Source of the DNA: Eledone cirrhosa
Taxonomy: Eukaryota
Assembly: GCA_964016885.1 (NCBI GenBank)
Contig: OZ024740.1
Span: 382,726,001-382,790,000, forward strand
Reading direction: 5' to 3'
Length of the DNA: 64,000 nucleotides
Shown here: piece after piece, positions 24,817 to 38,634 of the stretch
How the letters are laid out: each line of letters starts with the position of its first letter
Position numbering within the stretch: the stretch's first letter is position 1
The notes under the pieces: model-generated
What the model saw: only the letters and a program-made list of their open reading frames with translations
Database searches by the model: none
Told to the model about the DNA's origin: nothing
Program-made: the position numbers and the translations under genes

Positions 24817-26760
24817 ATGGAAATGTTAGATCTTGAAACGGTAAACAACGTTCAGGTCAAAAGTTTAAAGGCAGCCACTGCAGATTTCACCACGACTACG
24901 ACGGCTACAGTCATGCCTGTCATCCACTCTACTGAATGTGAAGGCAAAACTAAAAAGCTACCATCACAACCTTCTGCCATAGCAGCAGTATCATCTGAAA
25001 ACGACATCACCACCACCGCCACCACCACCACCACCACCACCACCACCACAACAACAACAACTCAGAGCAATAACGACAATACCACCGACAGCTTCAATGT
25101 AAACAAGGATGGCGGTGGCAACAGCAAGAATGACAACAACAACAATAAGAGCATCAGAAACACCACATTTGCTGCAGCAGCAGCAAAAACAAAGCGCTTA
25201 TTGAATATTGATATTGATATTAGCGATAAAGACGAACAGTTGGCCAAAGCGTGGAGGCTAATTAAATGGGAGAAGTCCTGGGCAAACCTGACCATCCTAG
25301 ACGAGGCAATAGCGGCCATGCAAAGGAGGACGGTGCTCTTTCGATGTATTTCGGTGCAGACACGAAAAGTGGAACTTGCGAGCCAAGCAGAGGTTGAGGC
25401 TGCTTTGGAGTACATCGGAAGTAACATAGAGTACAAAGCAAGAGGCAAACAGTTCGGTACCATCTCGGTACTGTTCAAAACCGAGGCCCTCGCTATTAAG
25501 CACTCGGTGATCCCCTGCAGAACGGAACACATTATCATGCATCCGTCCTATATGGGTAAAAGGACAGTGAAGGTACGCATTCCCAGCATCCCACCAGGAA
25601 TAAACATATGGTGGCTGCTGGGATGCGTAATCGAGGAGGGGACAGACACCACCCTCCTGGACATCAAAAGGACAGAGAGAGAGGACTGGTCCGGAATGGA
25701 TTTGGAGATTCTTCTCCAAATGAAACCGGAAGACATGAATAACATCCCAGATTTTGCCCGCCTGCAGGACGGGACAACAATCCAACTAATGATTGACGGA
25801 AAAGGCCACGCTGCTTCGTTTGCGGGGAAGCAACGCATCTTCAAGCCTTCTGCCCTCAGCGCAAAAATGCAGGGGGTCGCAAACCTCCTTTGTTGCCAAC
25901 GCCAGTGTCAGCACGGAAAGCTGCACCACCACCACCACCAAAAACAACATCAACAAAAACACGGACACCAACATCAAAAGCAGCCGGATCACCACCAACA
26001 CCAAAACCAATCCAAGGAGAAAACGAGGAAAGCTCTCCCACTCCCCCTACCCCCCCAATTATACACATAGACAAAAAAAAATAAATAAACGCACACACAG
26101 ACACAGAGACACTCACAGACACAGACCCTTTGTCTTCCAGCAGCGAAGATGAAGAAAAACCCCAAAGTGCAAAAAAACAGAGAAAACTCACACAAAAAAG
26201 CCCCAACAAAACATAAAAACACACACAACAAAAAATACAGACACCACTAACGCAAACACTTCCCCAATAACATCAGCACCATCAGCAACATCGACACCAC
26301 CTCCACAATCCACGAAACGCAAACAACCTAAACCAACACAAATACAAATAAACACACAAATACCTGAAATTGCAGACACCACACCTACAACAAACATAGA
26401 CATACCCGAAACAACACCACCAAAACCATCGCCACCACCTTCACCAAAACGAAAACAAATAAAACCACACCAACAAAATGTTAAAAAATTCGTGCTTGTC
26501 AGACGGGCCAACGATAAACTGATGGCCCTCTTAGCGCGAAGCGAGGACATTCAAACAGAGGGGGAGATTTTTGAAATGAGCACATTTTGCGTGCCAGAAA
26601 ATTTGCTTCTGGTCCGAATGTCACTCAATTCCTTCAAAGAAATTCGAGAGAGGTTTCCTCAAGACGTGGGAACCCCGAATGTGAAACCCACATCAAGACT
26701 TTTAAAGGGGTTCCCAAAAGAAACCCCACCAACCATGGAGGTCGAACCACCCGACCTTCA
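24817..26760 (+). pseudogene. Tx1-like ORF1 (low-complexity N-terminus, RRM-like region, CCHC knuckle after a frameshift)
   Basis: KRTVKVRIPSIPP; frameshifted RPRCFVCGEATHLQAFCP at ~25803-25860. Confidence 0.75.
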
Positions 26761-29712
26761 CATGGCCATATTAAGAGTAGGAAGTTTAAATGTTCGCGGC
26801 CTGGGGTCACCCTGGAAGCAGGGTCGCCTGCTCAACGACCTCCGGTCGCTGGAAATGGATGTGATTGCTGTAAGCGAGACCAGAATTTCCGACACGCGCG
26901 CACTAGCCCCTATTTTCGACAACTATCAGATCTTCTCATCTGTTAGCAGGCCGGGAATGGGGGGTGGGGTGGCAGTGCTGTTTAGGAAAGGACTGGATCT
27001 CGAGGTAAGGTCGATCTTCCGGGACCCGCACGGTAATTTGGTGGTCTTGGATGTGAGCAGTAGCGAAGGTGGTGCCTTTAGACTGCTGGCCGTCTACGCC
27101 CCTACAGGGACGGGACGACCTGACTTCTTTAGGCGCCTGGAGACCTTTCTGCGTACGTCTCGCCCTTTACTGTTAGCGGGCGACTGGAATGGCATCTTAG
27201 ACGCACGCTGGGATTGTGTGGGAGTAGCCGATAGGAGCGGGGGGGGGGGGGTGCAAAAGCCTCAAGCACCTACTCAGCCAGTTCCAACTGTCTGACAGGT
27301 ATCGACTAGATTTCCCCAATGTGCCAGTATGGACATGGACCAACCGAATGGGTCATCTAGATCGTATATAGACAGAATCTTCATTAGGAAAATCGATAGA
27401 AATAGTGTGGGCTGTGCACTTTTTAAAACGGTCACCTATTCAGGTCACAAATTTGTGATCTGTACGGTCGACCTAAATAAAACGCGTAGGTTAGGACCGT
27501 GTTACTGGAAGCTGAACATGTCATTTCCGGCACGTAAGGCTTACAGGGACCGAGTCAACAAGTTAGTTAAGCAAAAGTTGACAGGGGGGATCATCAACAA
27601 CAGATGGTGGGGGGCTCTCAAAAGAGAGATTAGAGTAACTTCGATAGAGTTCAGCAAAGAACTAGCGTTAGAGAAAAATAGAAAGGAGGGGGAGCTGGTA
27701 GATAAGTTAGACGAGGCTATTTGTAGTGGCACGCAACTGACGTGCGAGCGGCGAGAATGGCATTAGACCATTTCTTCAATGCCAAACACGAAGGTTGCAT
27801 TGTCAGAGCTAAGGCGCGTGCGCTGAGAAACGAGGGAACTAAAGCTGTTCGATGGGCCCGCGTGGCGGAGGCGCAGCGTGGTAATAAAACCACAATTCGG
27901 TCTTTGGCGGACCGAGACGGACACGAGATAAGCGATTCCAAGCGGATGTGTGAGGCCTTTCGCCAGCACTTTGCTCGGTTGTTCAGGGAGAGTGGCGAGT
28001 CAGAGAGAGTAGCGGATTTCAGTCCCTACCTTGACGGCTTGCCGCGCATCTCGACGGTCGACGCTGAGCGCTGCGAAAGGCCGATTACTTCAGCCGAAAT
28101 TCAGGACGCCCTTGTCGGCTGCATGAGGCGCAAGTCACCCGGTTTGGATGGCCTGCCCTACGAGCTTTACGTAAATATGCCAGACTTGTTCTCCGAACTC
28201 CTCGAAGCACTCTACTGTAACTGGCAGCATAATGGGAGTATTCCCAGTTCTGTGAGCAGGGGAGTGGTGACGCTGATAAGGACAGACGAGAACAAGAGGG
28301 ATACATTAGACAACTTCAGGCCCATAACTCTGCTCAACACAGAGTTTAAGATTTTGGCCAAGGTTTTAGCAAAGAGATTGGCGCTTGTCGTCGAGGATTT
28401 TGTTGGGGAGGCGGAAACTTGCGCAATCCCTGCCAGGTCCATACACGACAATCTCCACCTGATGCGATACATCATAGAGAGGGTGGGGTGTAAACCTGGC
28501 TTCGGTGGGGGCACTGATCAATTTAGATCAATCGAAAGCATTCGATAGTGTCGACCATCGGTATCTGGAGTTTGTCCTCAAAGCAGCTGACTTCGGCCCT
28601 ATCTTTAGAAGCTGGATCCTTGCAATGCACAGCGGCACACGCTCGGTGGTCAAGGTTAATGGCCACCTCTCGGAACCATTTCGGCTCTCCCGATCGGTCC
28701 GTCAAGGGTGCCCTCTCTCTTCCCTTCTGTACGTATTGACTCTCGAGCCTTTACTGCGGAAGCTGGAGTTGTTGCAGGGCATCCCGCTCGAAGCGGGACG
28801 TGGAAAGGCGGTGTCGGCTTATGCGGACGGCATCACCGTGATGGTGTCGAACACCTCAGAAATCGAGGTGGTCGGCACCTTATTGAAGGAATATTCTGCC
28901 TCAATGGTGAACAGGTGTGGTCGCCGGTTATCAGACGGGCCTTTCCTCATCTCATTTCTTTGACTGAGCTGCAGTCCTGGGTCAAGAAGAGACCGAGACT
29001 GGGTGACTGGCACCTAGAATGTTGCCAGGCACACACTGCCCTCTACCAAGCGGGCAATGCGATCAGTGGAACTTCCACTCTCGAGTTCTATAGAGGATTA
29101 GTGTTGGGCAAGTGCGATGACGCACTCGGAGTAACTTTGGGCCTCGACGAAGTCGAACTGACCAGTCTGTACCGGAGGACTTTTGAGCCGGGGACGATGG
29201 ACAATTTCCAGAAATGCCTCGCTTTTCAGTGCTACCGGGGGGCACTGCCGGTTCGGGATAAACTCTACAGGCACGGAAGTGCTGTCAGACCGACCTGCCA
29301 AATATGCGCACAGAACGACGAAACCGTTCTGCACGCACTTGTGCAATGTCCGTGCATTACTGACTTGTGGAGTTATGTCGAACAGCTACTGTCGCGTGTG
29401 GAACGAATCCGGCTATCGGCCGAGTCCATAGTGAAGATCGACCCGCCCCCTTCCTTAGGTCAGGAAGAGCAGGACATTTTCCTCTATCCGGTGGCAGTTG
29501 CGAAAGAGATTATATGGTGGACCAGGCTGAAAGGACTAAAGACAGACACTTTTCTCTTCGGCCAATCCCTCATCAACTTCTTCAAGTTTCACCTGGAAAG
29601 GAGGGTGAGGGTTGAGAGAGAAGTGCTGCCCCCCAGTACATTTGCTAAAAGGTGGGTGAATGTGGCGAGAATGGCTCGTGTGAATGGACCTACTCTGACC
29701 ATGCGCCTATAG
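26761..29712 (+). pseudogene. Tx1-like ORF2 (APE endonuclease, RT, CCHC), frameshifted
   Basis: SLNVRGL, VSETR, AGDWN, YIDRIF, YWKLN, KSPGLDG, FRPITLLN, DQSKAFD, VRQGCPLS. Confidence 0.92.
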
Positions 29713-29988
29713 GCTTGCTAACTTGAGGAGAGGGGTGCTCTCCTGGGTGCCCTAGAAGCGCAGGGGGGTTCAGGATTGGTGGGGTACCCGAATCACCCCA
29801 GGGTCGTCCACTCCCTATCAAGGAATTTATTTTGTTATGTTTATGCATAGTTTATTTTATATTTTTATATTTTCATTGTTAAATTAGTCTTGCCATTGTG
29901 CACTTTTACTCGACCTTATTGTAAACCCCCACTGTCCCTGTCTTTGTATTGTCCCCTACATGTCGGCCCTTGTGGCTAACAAATGAAA

Positions 29989-30020
<32 letters not shown>

Positions 30021-33000
30021 GAATGCTATGGTTGACGGAGGCTCGGCTCTGTAAGGTATTGTAAATTTTGACCGCTATAACAATTGTAAATTGTTTAAAA
30101 CTTTAACCAAATTGTAGACAAAAACACCCTGCTCCTCGTGAGAGGGGTCTTTCTGTCCGTTATTTGGCCCTTCAGGGTTAAATAACCGCTTATTGGGGTT
30201 TTGTGCCCAATATTTATTTTAAACGAAAAATAATTTTCACAAGTCACACCCACTCATTCCGTCTTCTTCCTCAATCGTCACTACAGCAGAATGAAGATTT
30301 TCTCTCTCTCTCCCTTCTCTAAATGTGTCTCTCTCCCTCCCTTCTCTTTCGCAAGCGACGCCAGTAAAGAAAAATAGTTTACAAAATCACGTGCAAATCA
30401 AGGAAAATTTCTCCACGACGACAACAACGACGAAAAAGGTGTGCGGGAAATACGAAAACCGATTTCATTCGTCTGACGTCATAAATAATAGCAGTAGCAG
30501 CCGTAATAACAGCAGAAGCAGCAAAAGTGACAAGGAAAACAACAGTAGCAGCCGCAACAGCATCAGCAGAAGCATAAAAAACAACAGCATTAGCAGCAGC
30601 AGCAACAACAACAACAACCACAGCAACAGCGGCGGCGGCAGTAGTCGTAGTACCTGCAGCAACAACAAAAGTAACAGCAGCTCTGACGACAACAACAACA
30701 ACAACAACAACAGCAGCAAATAAAAACCAATCTCGTTTGCAGGTATCGCAAAGAACCTGGAAACCATCCTCATAATACATGAGGAATTACAGGAAGCGAA
30801 GAAGATGGTGACGAAAACCTGACACCGAGGAATCAGCAAGGCAGCCGACACATTTTTCGAAACCCAACAGCAGTGTACGGTCACGTCCCGTACAGTAAGC
30901 ACAAAATCCCGTAGAGTTGAAAGAGCCACAGAGGCTCAAATACAAAAAGTCTTAGGGTCTGTGTGGCAGCGGAAAACGCATATCACCCGAGGCAAGAAAT
31001 ATGCCACCGTAGACGTGCCACACCCCAGGAGGCAAAGGCTCAATCATTAGTGACCCTAAGGAGCGAGGAAATGGTGTTGGTGTCCTCCTACTGCGGCCAA
31101 AAAATTGTGAGGGTCAGACTGACCCACGTGCCCCCCCCCCCCCACAGGATGGCCCCTTCTTGGCTGGCTGCGTCTGTCCTCGTCGGAATCGAGGACAAAA
31201 CAACTGTACTGCAAGTACAGAAAAAAGTAAGAGAAGATTGGGTCGGCACCTCCATTGAGATGTTAATCCAAACCAACCAGGAGTGCATCAAAGCTATCCC
31301 GGATGTGATAGACTTCGATAACGGCACTCAGCTGCCCATAAGTGTTGAGGGCAAACGCCCGAAATGCTTTCGCTGTGGATCGAAGACACACCTCAGGGCC
31401 TTCTGCAACGAGAAGACCCTGAGAAAGGACCACGGCTACCAGCAGCAGAACAAGTGGCAACCAGGAACGATAGGTCCGTGGCTCCCATACCCACGTCACG
31501 GAAATCAAGAACAGTAGCAGCAGTGGAAGTATTAACAACAACAGCAGTAATACCAAATGCAGCTGCAACAGAGACTCCACTGCAAACATCACCAACAACA
31601 ACAAGTGAAAGAGTGGAGCTGGTACCCCTCCCCGACCTCACAGAATCAGACATGGAGTGTGAGGTGGGAGAGGGATGGCAAAAGGTCGTAAGAAGGCACA
31701 AACGAAGAAGCAGCACATCGCCGACTTCGAAAAGGGAGGAAAGAAATGAAAAAAGGGTAAAGTCTACTGCAAAGGATGGAGAAACCATCCTTCCTCTACG
31801 AAAAGTACGGTAAGTGGTCGTTCCCATCTTTTCCACTCCATTTTAAACATTGATCTCACTCAGAATAAGCAGCATAAATGCGCGTGGCTTGGGGTCGTCA
31901 TGGAAGCAGGGTCACCTGCTCAACGAGCTCAGATCACTAAACATAGATGTAGTGGCCATCAGCGAGACCAGAATCTCCGAAGCACAGGCCTTCGCACCGA
32001 TCTTCGGCGGCTACGATATGTACGCATCTCCCAGCCGTCCTGGATCGGGGGGAGGAGTTGCTGTGATTTTTCGGAGGGGTTTGCATCTCGCCATACGGGC
32101 CATCTTCCTGGACCCAGAGGGTAAGTTGGCGGTGATGGACGTGACAAGCGGAGACGGGCAAGCTTTCAGGCTAGTGGCCGTCTATGCCCCGACAGGAGCA
32201 GGGCGGCCTGATTTCTTCCGGCGTCTGGAGACCTTTCTTGGAACGCACCGCTCTTTAGTGTTAGTGGGCGACTGGAACGGGATCTTAGATGCACGCTGGG
32301 ACTGTGTGGGATTAGCGGATAGGGGTGGAGGGTGAAAAAGCCTCACCAACCTGCTCAGGCGTTTTGAACTGTCTCACAGGTACCGATTGGATTTCCCGAT
32401 AGTGCCAATGTGGACTTGGGCAAATCGCATAGGGTCATCCAGATCATATCTAGATAGAGTATTTTGTAGGAAATCGATAGGTCTAGTATAGGCTGTCCAC
32501 AATTCAAGATAGTCAGCTACACGGACCACAACTGTGTGCTTCACTTAGATAGGCTTCATAGACGAGGACCCGGCTACTGGAAGCTAAACGCGTCCTTACC
32601 AGCGCACAAGGCCTACACAGACCGGATTAGCGAACTAGTTAAGCGGGCGTTGACGGGGGCCATCGTCAACAACAAGTGGTGGTTTGCTTTGAAAAGAGCG
32701 ATTAGAATAGAATCCATTAGGTTTAGTAAGGCTTTCGCAATAGAGAAAAATAGAACAGAGGGAGAACTAGTTAGAAAATTAGACGAGGCGCTTAGTAAAG
32801 GTATCGCGATCGACGTGCTTCCGGCGAAATTGGCCCTTGACCAATTCTTCAATGCAAAGCACGAAGGCTGCGTTGTCAGAGCTAGGGTGCGTGCTCTCAG
32901 ACACGAGGAGACGAAAGCCGTTCTAGGCCCGAGTGGCGGAGGCGCGTCGTGGCAACAAAGCCACGATCCGGTCTTTGGTGGACCACGACGGGCGCATGCT

Positions 33001-35482
33001 ACTCGATGCCGGGAAAATGTGTGAAGTTTTTCAGCGACACTTCGCTCAGCTGTTCGGGGGCAGCGGTGGGCCGGGTCGAGGGATGGACTTTAGTGTCTAC
33101 CTCGACGGACTGCCGCGGCTCTCGGCCACTGAGGCGGAGTGTTGCGAAAAGCCGATAACAGCAGCTGAAGTACGGGAGGCAATGACTGGCTGCATAAGGG
33201 GTAAATCGCCTGGTTTGGATGGTCTGCCCTATGAACTTTACGTACAGATGCCAGACTTGTTCGGAGGCCTCTTGGCGGACGTCTACTGCAACTGGCAACA
33301 TAACGAGAGAATTCCCAGCTCTGTGAGCCGAGGAGCGGTGGCACTGCAGAGAAAGGATCCGAACAAGGGGGATAACATAGATAATTTCAGGCCCATAACT
33401 CTGCTAAACACAGGGTTCAAGATTATGGCCAAGGTGCTAGCAAAGAGGTTGGCGCTTGTCGTTGGTGGTCTGGTGGGCGAGGCGCAGACGTGCGCCATTC
33501 CCGACAGATCCATCCAAGACAATCTCCACCTCATGCGATACATCGTAGAGACGGTAGCTAGGGAACCTGGCACGGGTGGGTCCTTGATCAATTTAGATCA
33601 GTCGAAAGCTTTCAATAGGGTCAACCATCGTTACCTAGCGGCAATCCTGAGGGCGGCTGGCTTTGTGCGCGTCTTCAGAGGCTGGATCGCTCTGTTGTGA
33701 GACTGAACGGTCACCTTTGGAACCGTTCAACATCATGCGCTCGGTCCGCCAAGGATGTCCCCTCTCGTCCCTCTTGTACGTATTGACTCTCGAGCCATTA
33801 CTGCACAAACTGGAGACGTTGAGGGGCGTCCCGCGCGAACTAGGATGCGGAAGATCCGTGTCAGCATATTCGGACGATCTCACCATAGTGGTGTCGAACG
33901 CCAAACACATGGAGGCGATCGGCACTACACTAAGAGAATACGAAGCGGTGACAGGAGCAATGATCAACCAGGAAAAGTCAGTGGGCCTGCAGCTCGGCAC
34001 CTGGAGAGGCAGATCCATGCCGTCCAACAGCGTCGTCGGACGCTGGACGGACGGACCGGTTAAATTGCTAGCGGTATGGTTCGGTCCGGACCTCCAGACG
34101 GACAAAAACTGGGACGAGGTGACGTGCAGGGTGGCTTCTCTCACCCAGAAATGGGCGGAACGGAAGCTATCCATGAAAAGTCGAGCGGAGGTGGCTAACG
34201 CGTACATTGCGTCTGTCATCTGCTACCGCCTGACCGTCGTAACTTGTCCTAAGCCCCACCTGACTGCGCTGGAGCGTATGCTCTTTCGCTTTTTGTGGAA
34301 GGGACGCGCTCCGATGGTCAGGCAGTCCATCTGCTGTCAACACCCACTACGTGGAGGGCTGGGCATGCCGTGGCTTATGATGAGTAGACACGCGCTCAGG
34401 CTACGACATCTCCACCTCTTCCTCGACGGTGATCAGGTGTGGTCGCCGTTTGCTAGACACGTATTTCCCCAGCTCGTTTCCTTGACGGAGCTGCAGTCCT
34501 GGGTCAAGCGAAGACCGAGAGGGAGCGCCTGGAGACTGGAATGTCTTCAGGCGCTCACAGCCCTCGATCAATCGAGCAATGTGATCGGTGGAAACTCCAC
34601 CTCGGCGTTCTATAGATGATTAGTGGAGGGGAGGAGCGACGACGTACTTGGGGAAACTCTAGGCGTCGACGAAAATCAACTAGCCAATCTCTTCGGAAGA
34701 ACTTTCGGGCCGGGGCCTATGGACAACTTCCAGAAATCTCTGGCCTGGCAGTGCTACCGAGAAACCTTGCCAGTTCGGAATAAACTCTACAGGCATGGAG
34801 GTGCCGTCAGCCGGGCATGTCCGAGATGCGCGCAAGGCGACGAAACCGTCCTGCACGCACTCGTCCAGTGTCCGAACATTGCTGACTTGTGGGTTTATGT
34901 CGAACACCTGCTGTCGCGTGTAGGACGGATCCGGCTATCATCTGAGTCCATCGTGAGGATTGCCACACCCTCTTCCTCTAGCCGAGAATGGCATGCAGTT
35001 TTTATCTGTCTGGTGGCCATGGCGAAAGAGATAGTATGGTGGACGCGTTTGAAAGGGCTGAAGACGAGCACTTACCTCTTCGGTGATGCCCTGATTAACT
35101 TTTTCAAATTTCATTTGAAAAGGAAAATCAGGGTAGAGAGGGAAGTGTTCTCTTCCCAGCATTTTGTTGAAATATGGGTGAGAGAAGCAAGAATGGCCCG
35201 AGTGAATGGGCTTACTCTGAGTATGTATCTGTAAATTAAAGTTGGAAAACTGGGAGAGGGCACTTGCCTTGGTGGTCAGGGTCACTGTGGTCTTTTACTG
35301 GGCTTTCTCCACAAATGTCCCTCCGAAGTCTCCCCCCTATTGGGGAATTTTTCATTGTTTTTTTTTGTTACATCCTCTGTTTTTGTTTATTACACGCAGA
35401 AATGCCCATTTGTACCGTCCTGTATTTTCCTGCACTGTCCTTAATGTCTACTTTATGTAAACCCTTGTCGTTAATAAAGAAA

Positions 35483-35484
<2 letters not shown>
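30021..35484 (+). mobile_element. Tx1-like LINE copy 3 (diverged sister family), apparently full length
   Basis: ORF1 with CFRCGSKTHLRAFC; ORF2 31850-35234 with all domains; ends AATAAAGAAATC then (ATT)n. Confidence 0.92.
31850..35234 (+). pseudogene. Tx1-like ORF2 (APE-RT-CCHC) with stops and frameshifts
   Basis: SINARGL, GDWN, TDH, YWKLN, YSDD, CPRC..HALVQCP. Confidence 0.92.
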
Positions 35485-35538
<54 letters not shown>

Positions 35539-35544
35539 GTTATG

Positions 35545-36101
35545 ACTCTTTGAGTCTCAGTCATTGATGTTAGTTAACTGTAAAGTTTGTTGAAATGAAT
35601 ATCAAGCCACTACCTGCAGCCTCAGATATTGAGGATGTATCGGAGGGTTCTTGCTGTTCCCAGCAAGCATGCCTTTTGAAGCGTTCCAAAAAGCGTGAAG
35701 GGGCCAATTTTCTTTAACCATCCCTGGAAACCTTTTGAGATAGTCCCTAGTGCGCCTATGACAATCGGGATCACTTTGACTTCATGGCAGTTCCAAATCC
35801 TTTTTACCTCCCACTTTAAGTCCTGGTATCGGTTAATTTTCTCCCTCTCCTTCTCTTGCACTCTCGTCTCGAATGGGCAGGCCACATCCACAATCAGGCA
35901 CGATCTTTTTTCTTTGTCCAAAACCACCAGGTCAGGTCTATTGTGTTCCAGTTTCTTGTCCGTCTGTATCCTAAAATCCCACAACACCTTCACCTGATCG
36001 TTTCTATCACCGCCTCTGGCTTATGCTCATACCACTTCTCAGAATGTGGTAAATTGTTTACTTTGCATAGGTGCCAGTGGATCACCCTGCCCATCACATC
36101 A
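35545..36101 (-). mobile_element. R4/Dong-like RLE LINE 3' fragment
   Basis: LWDFRIQTD..NRPDLVV..VDVACP..K..RYQDL RLE domain; 3' end abuts (TAA)n. Confidence 0.92.
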
Positions 36102-36276
36102 TGGCAGTATCGGTAGGGGGTCGGACGCCAAGCTTTCCAGCATATTTACGTCACTTTACGATCTGAGTTCAAATCCCGCCGAGGTTGACTTTGCCTTTCA
36201 TCCTTACGGGGTCGATAAAATAAAGTACCAGTAATGCACTGGGTGATTGCTGGCCTTGTGCCTAGAGTAGAAACAC
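36102..36276 (+). mobile_element. tRNA-derived SINE with (TTA)n tail
   Basis: A box TGGCAGTATCGG, B box GAGTTCAAATC, family core. Confidence 0.9.
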
Positions 36277-36582
36277 TTATTATTATTATTATTATTATTA
36301 ATATTATTATTATTATACTACAACTTCTTCTATCCGTCTCCTTGTCAATATGTGTGTATGATTATTCTAATACATCTACTATTACTTCTTCTTCTACCCT
36401 GTCACATTCTATTGCATTTTTGATTAGTTCCTTGCTAGAAAAAAAATAGTTCTGCAGATATTGAACATTTATGGATAAATATGGCAGCATGTAATAACTT
36501 AATATTATTTGTATACTGCCAAAGGAACACACGTAAACATCTTCTGCTAAAAAGTCTGAACACAAATAAACTCATACACACG

Positions 36583-36725
<143 letters not shown>

Positions 36726-37902
36726 ACACACATTATATACATATGTGTGTGTGTGTGTGTGTATGTATATATACCCAAGTATATTTTCTTACACATTTGC
36801 TATTGTGAGCGTATTCGTGTATTCATGCGTGTGCGCAATAAAAATGTAAATTGGCTCATCTTCTACTGGAGCTAAACTGATCTAACGCTAAAGAAATTTT
36901 CCAATATTGAATATTCATGGTGGGAGAGTTCTTATAATGTTACAAAATTTCCTTATCAACATTATTTTACTTCAGTACTGTGCCTACGAGAATTTGCTTA
37001 TCTGATTAGTAACGAAAGACTTTAAAAATATTCTCCGCCTGATTAGAGAATTGCGATCAAAATTACAATTTTTACAATCATCATATACGCACACTGGTAC
37101 GTTGCCATCTTAGACATTCTCACAAATACATACATTAATGTGACGTTAGTTCGTATTATTTTAATCAATACGATTAGCATTTAACCCATAATTTATGAAC
37201 TCTAATTTAGAATTTAGAATATATAATGCATTTGTGTCCTATTTATTCACAGAAATGCACCTTGTCATAAGACGTGGGTGCCATAGCGAGCAATTTGTAA
37301 ATGGGACTTTGAAAACTATCACAAACAGATTATTGAGCAGTTATCCCTTCCATTCTCCCCTGTTTAAGGGCAATCAATTCTCTCGGGCAGAACAACACAT
37401 ATTCGATAAATAAAAACAATTTATAATGACATACCACATTTGCACCTACGTGGCGTAACGTTTATTGGGTATATGATATGAGATGTATCGACTGAGTTCG
37501 CCATGTATGTAAAGATATGTAAAAATAAAAGCTAATTAATAATGATGACGCATAAAATCAATATATATATTTGAAAGATGTCACTACTATCCCATTTGAA
37601 AGTTCTTTACTTTTTTTTTTACCTCAATTCAATCTAAAACACTTCATAAAAGCCACAAACATATCAGACTTTACTGTTAATTCATTCATGAATAATTAAG
37701 AATGTGATATTAAATATGATTCTATTCCCGAACTAACGTGCAATAATTCAAATGATGTATTCCCCAAAATGATAGGCATTCTGTAATCACCTCTACAATT
37801 CTAACATTTATCACGATTACCCATTGATGTTTAGGGTTTTATCAATGGGTTCAATAAGAAATTTATGTATGTATTTACGTATGTATGGTCTTCTGGTTAT
37901 AA

Positions 37903-38634
37903 TCTTTATATATATAAAAGCGAGGATGTGTGTGTGTCTGTGTACAACTTTGCAAACTTAAACTTTTACAGTTACCAACTGAATTTGAACAAATTTTCTG
38001 TGCACGTTGCACAAGTCGCTAGGATTGTCACATCACAAACATTTTTCAAATCGACCGACGTTGAGCAATAACAAATCGATATCAAAATTATCGGTAGAAA
38101 AATGAGGTAAGGGAGATAACAAACTTTATTGACAATCCTTATAAAAAAGGGAGATAACCAACTTCTCAATAATATAAACATCACATTCATTTGAAGATAA
38201 ATCACTAATATTATCGTTTGACATATCAATGAATATGTCATGCAGGATATTTTGGATTATAAGTTAAAAATTTAACCATACACAGCAAAGGAATAGATGT
38301 TCTCTTATTCTACTCTCATTGTTTTTTTGTTTGTATACAACTCTGGTTTCATTACAACTTTTTGTACTTTAGCAAAACTGCCTGTTTTTTTTACAGATTT
38401 GCAACATGTATTGTCTTTGATCATTTGTATAACTACATCCTGTTCAGTGTTTTCATTCATTATCACCATAGTTTTATGTGTACAGAGATTGCACTAAATA
38501 TTCGTTTGCATTAATGATTGAAGACTTCTGCTTATTTTGACAGGTTGGGGACAAATAATGTTCTTCTTTTACTTCCTAGCTGTATATTCTTAGCATAATT
38601 TCAAACCCCGAGCAACGCCGGGTAAATATGCTAG
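37903..38634 (+). mobile_element. Non-autonomous Helitron
   Basis: 5' TC start (TCTTTATATATATAAAAG), 3' hairpin CCCGAGCAACGCCGGG then CTAG, inserted between A and T. Confidence 0.75.

Larger units (their letters stand above)
24591..29990 (+). mobile_element. Tx1-like LINE copy 2, near full length with internal deletion at ~28893
   Basis: ORF1 plus APE-RT-CCHC ORF2; 3' ~1.1 kb nearly identical to copy 1; (ATT)n on both sides. Confidence 0.92.

Noticed and set aside
30126-30150. TCCTCGT resembling an HDV-like ribozyme L3 in the Tx1 5' UTR
   Set aside because: P1, P2 and P3 pairings could not be built; a simple hairpin explains it
36102-36185. tRNA gene
   Set aside because: A and B boxes belong to the SINE head; no cloverleaf, and followed by the SINE body
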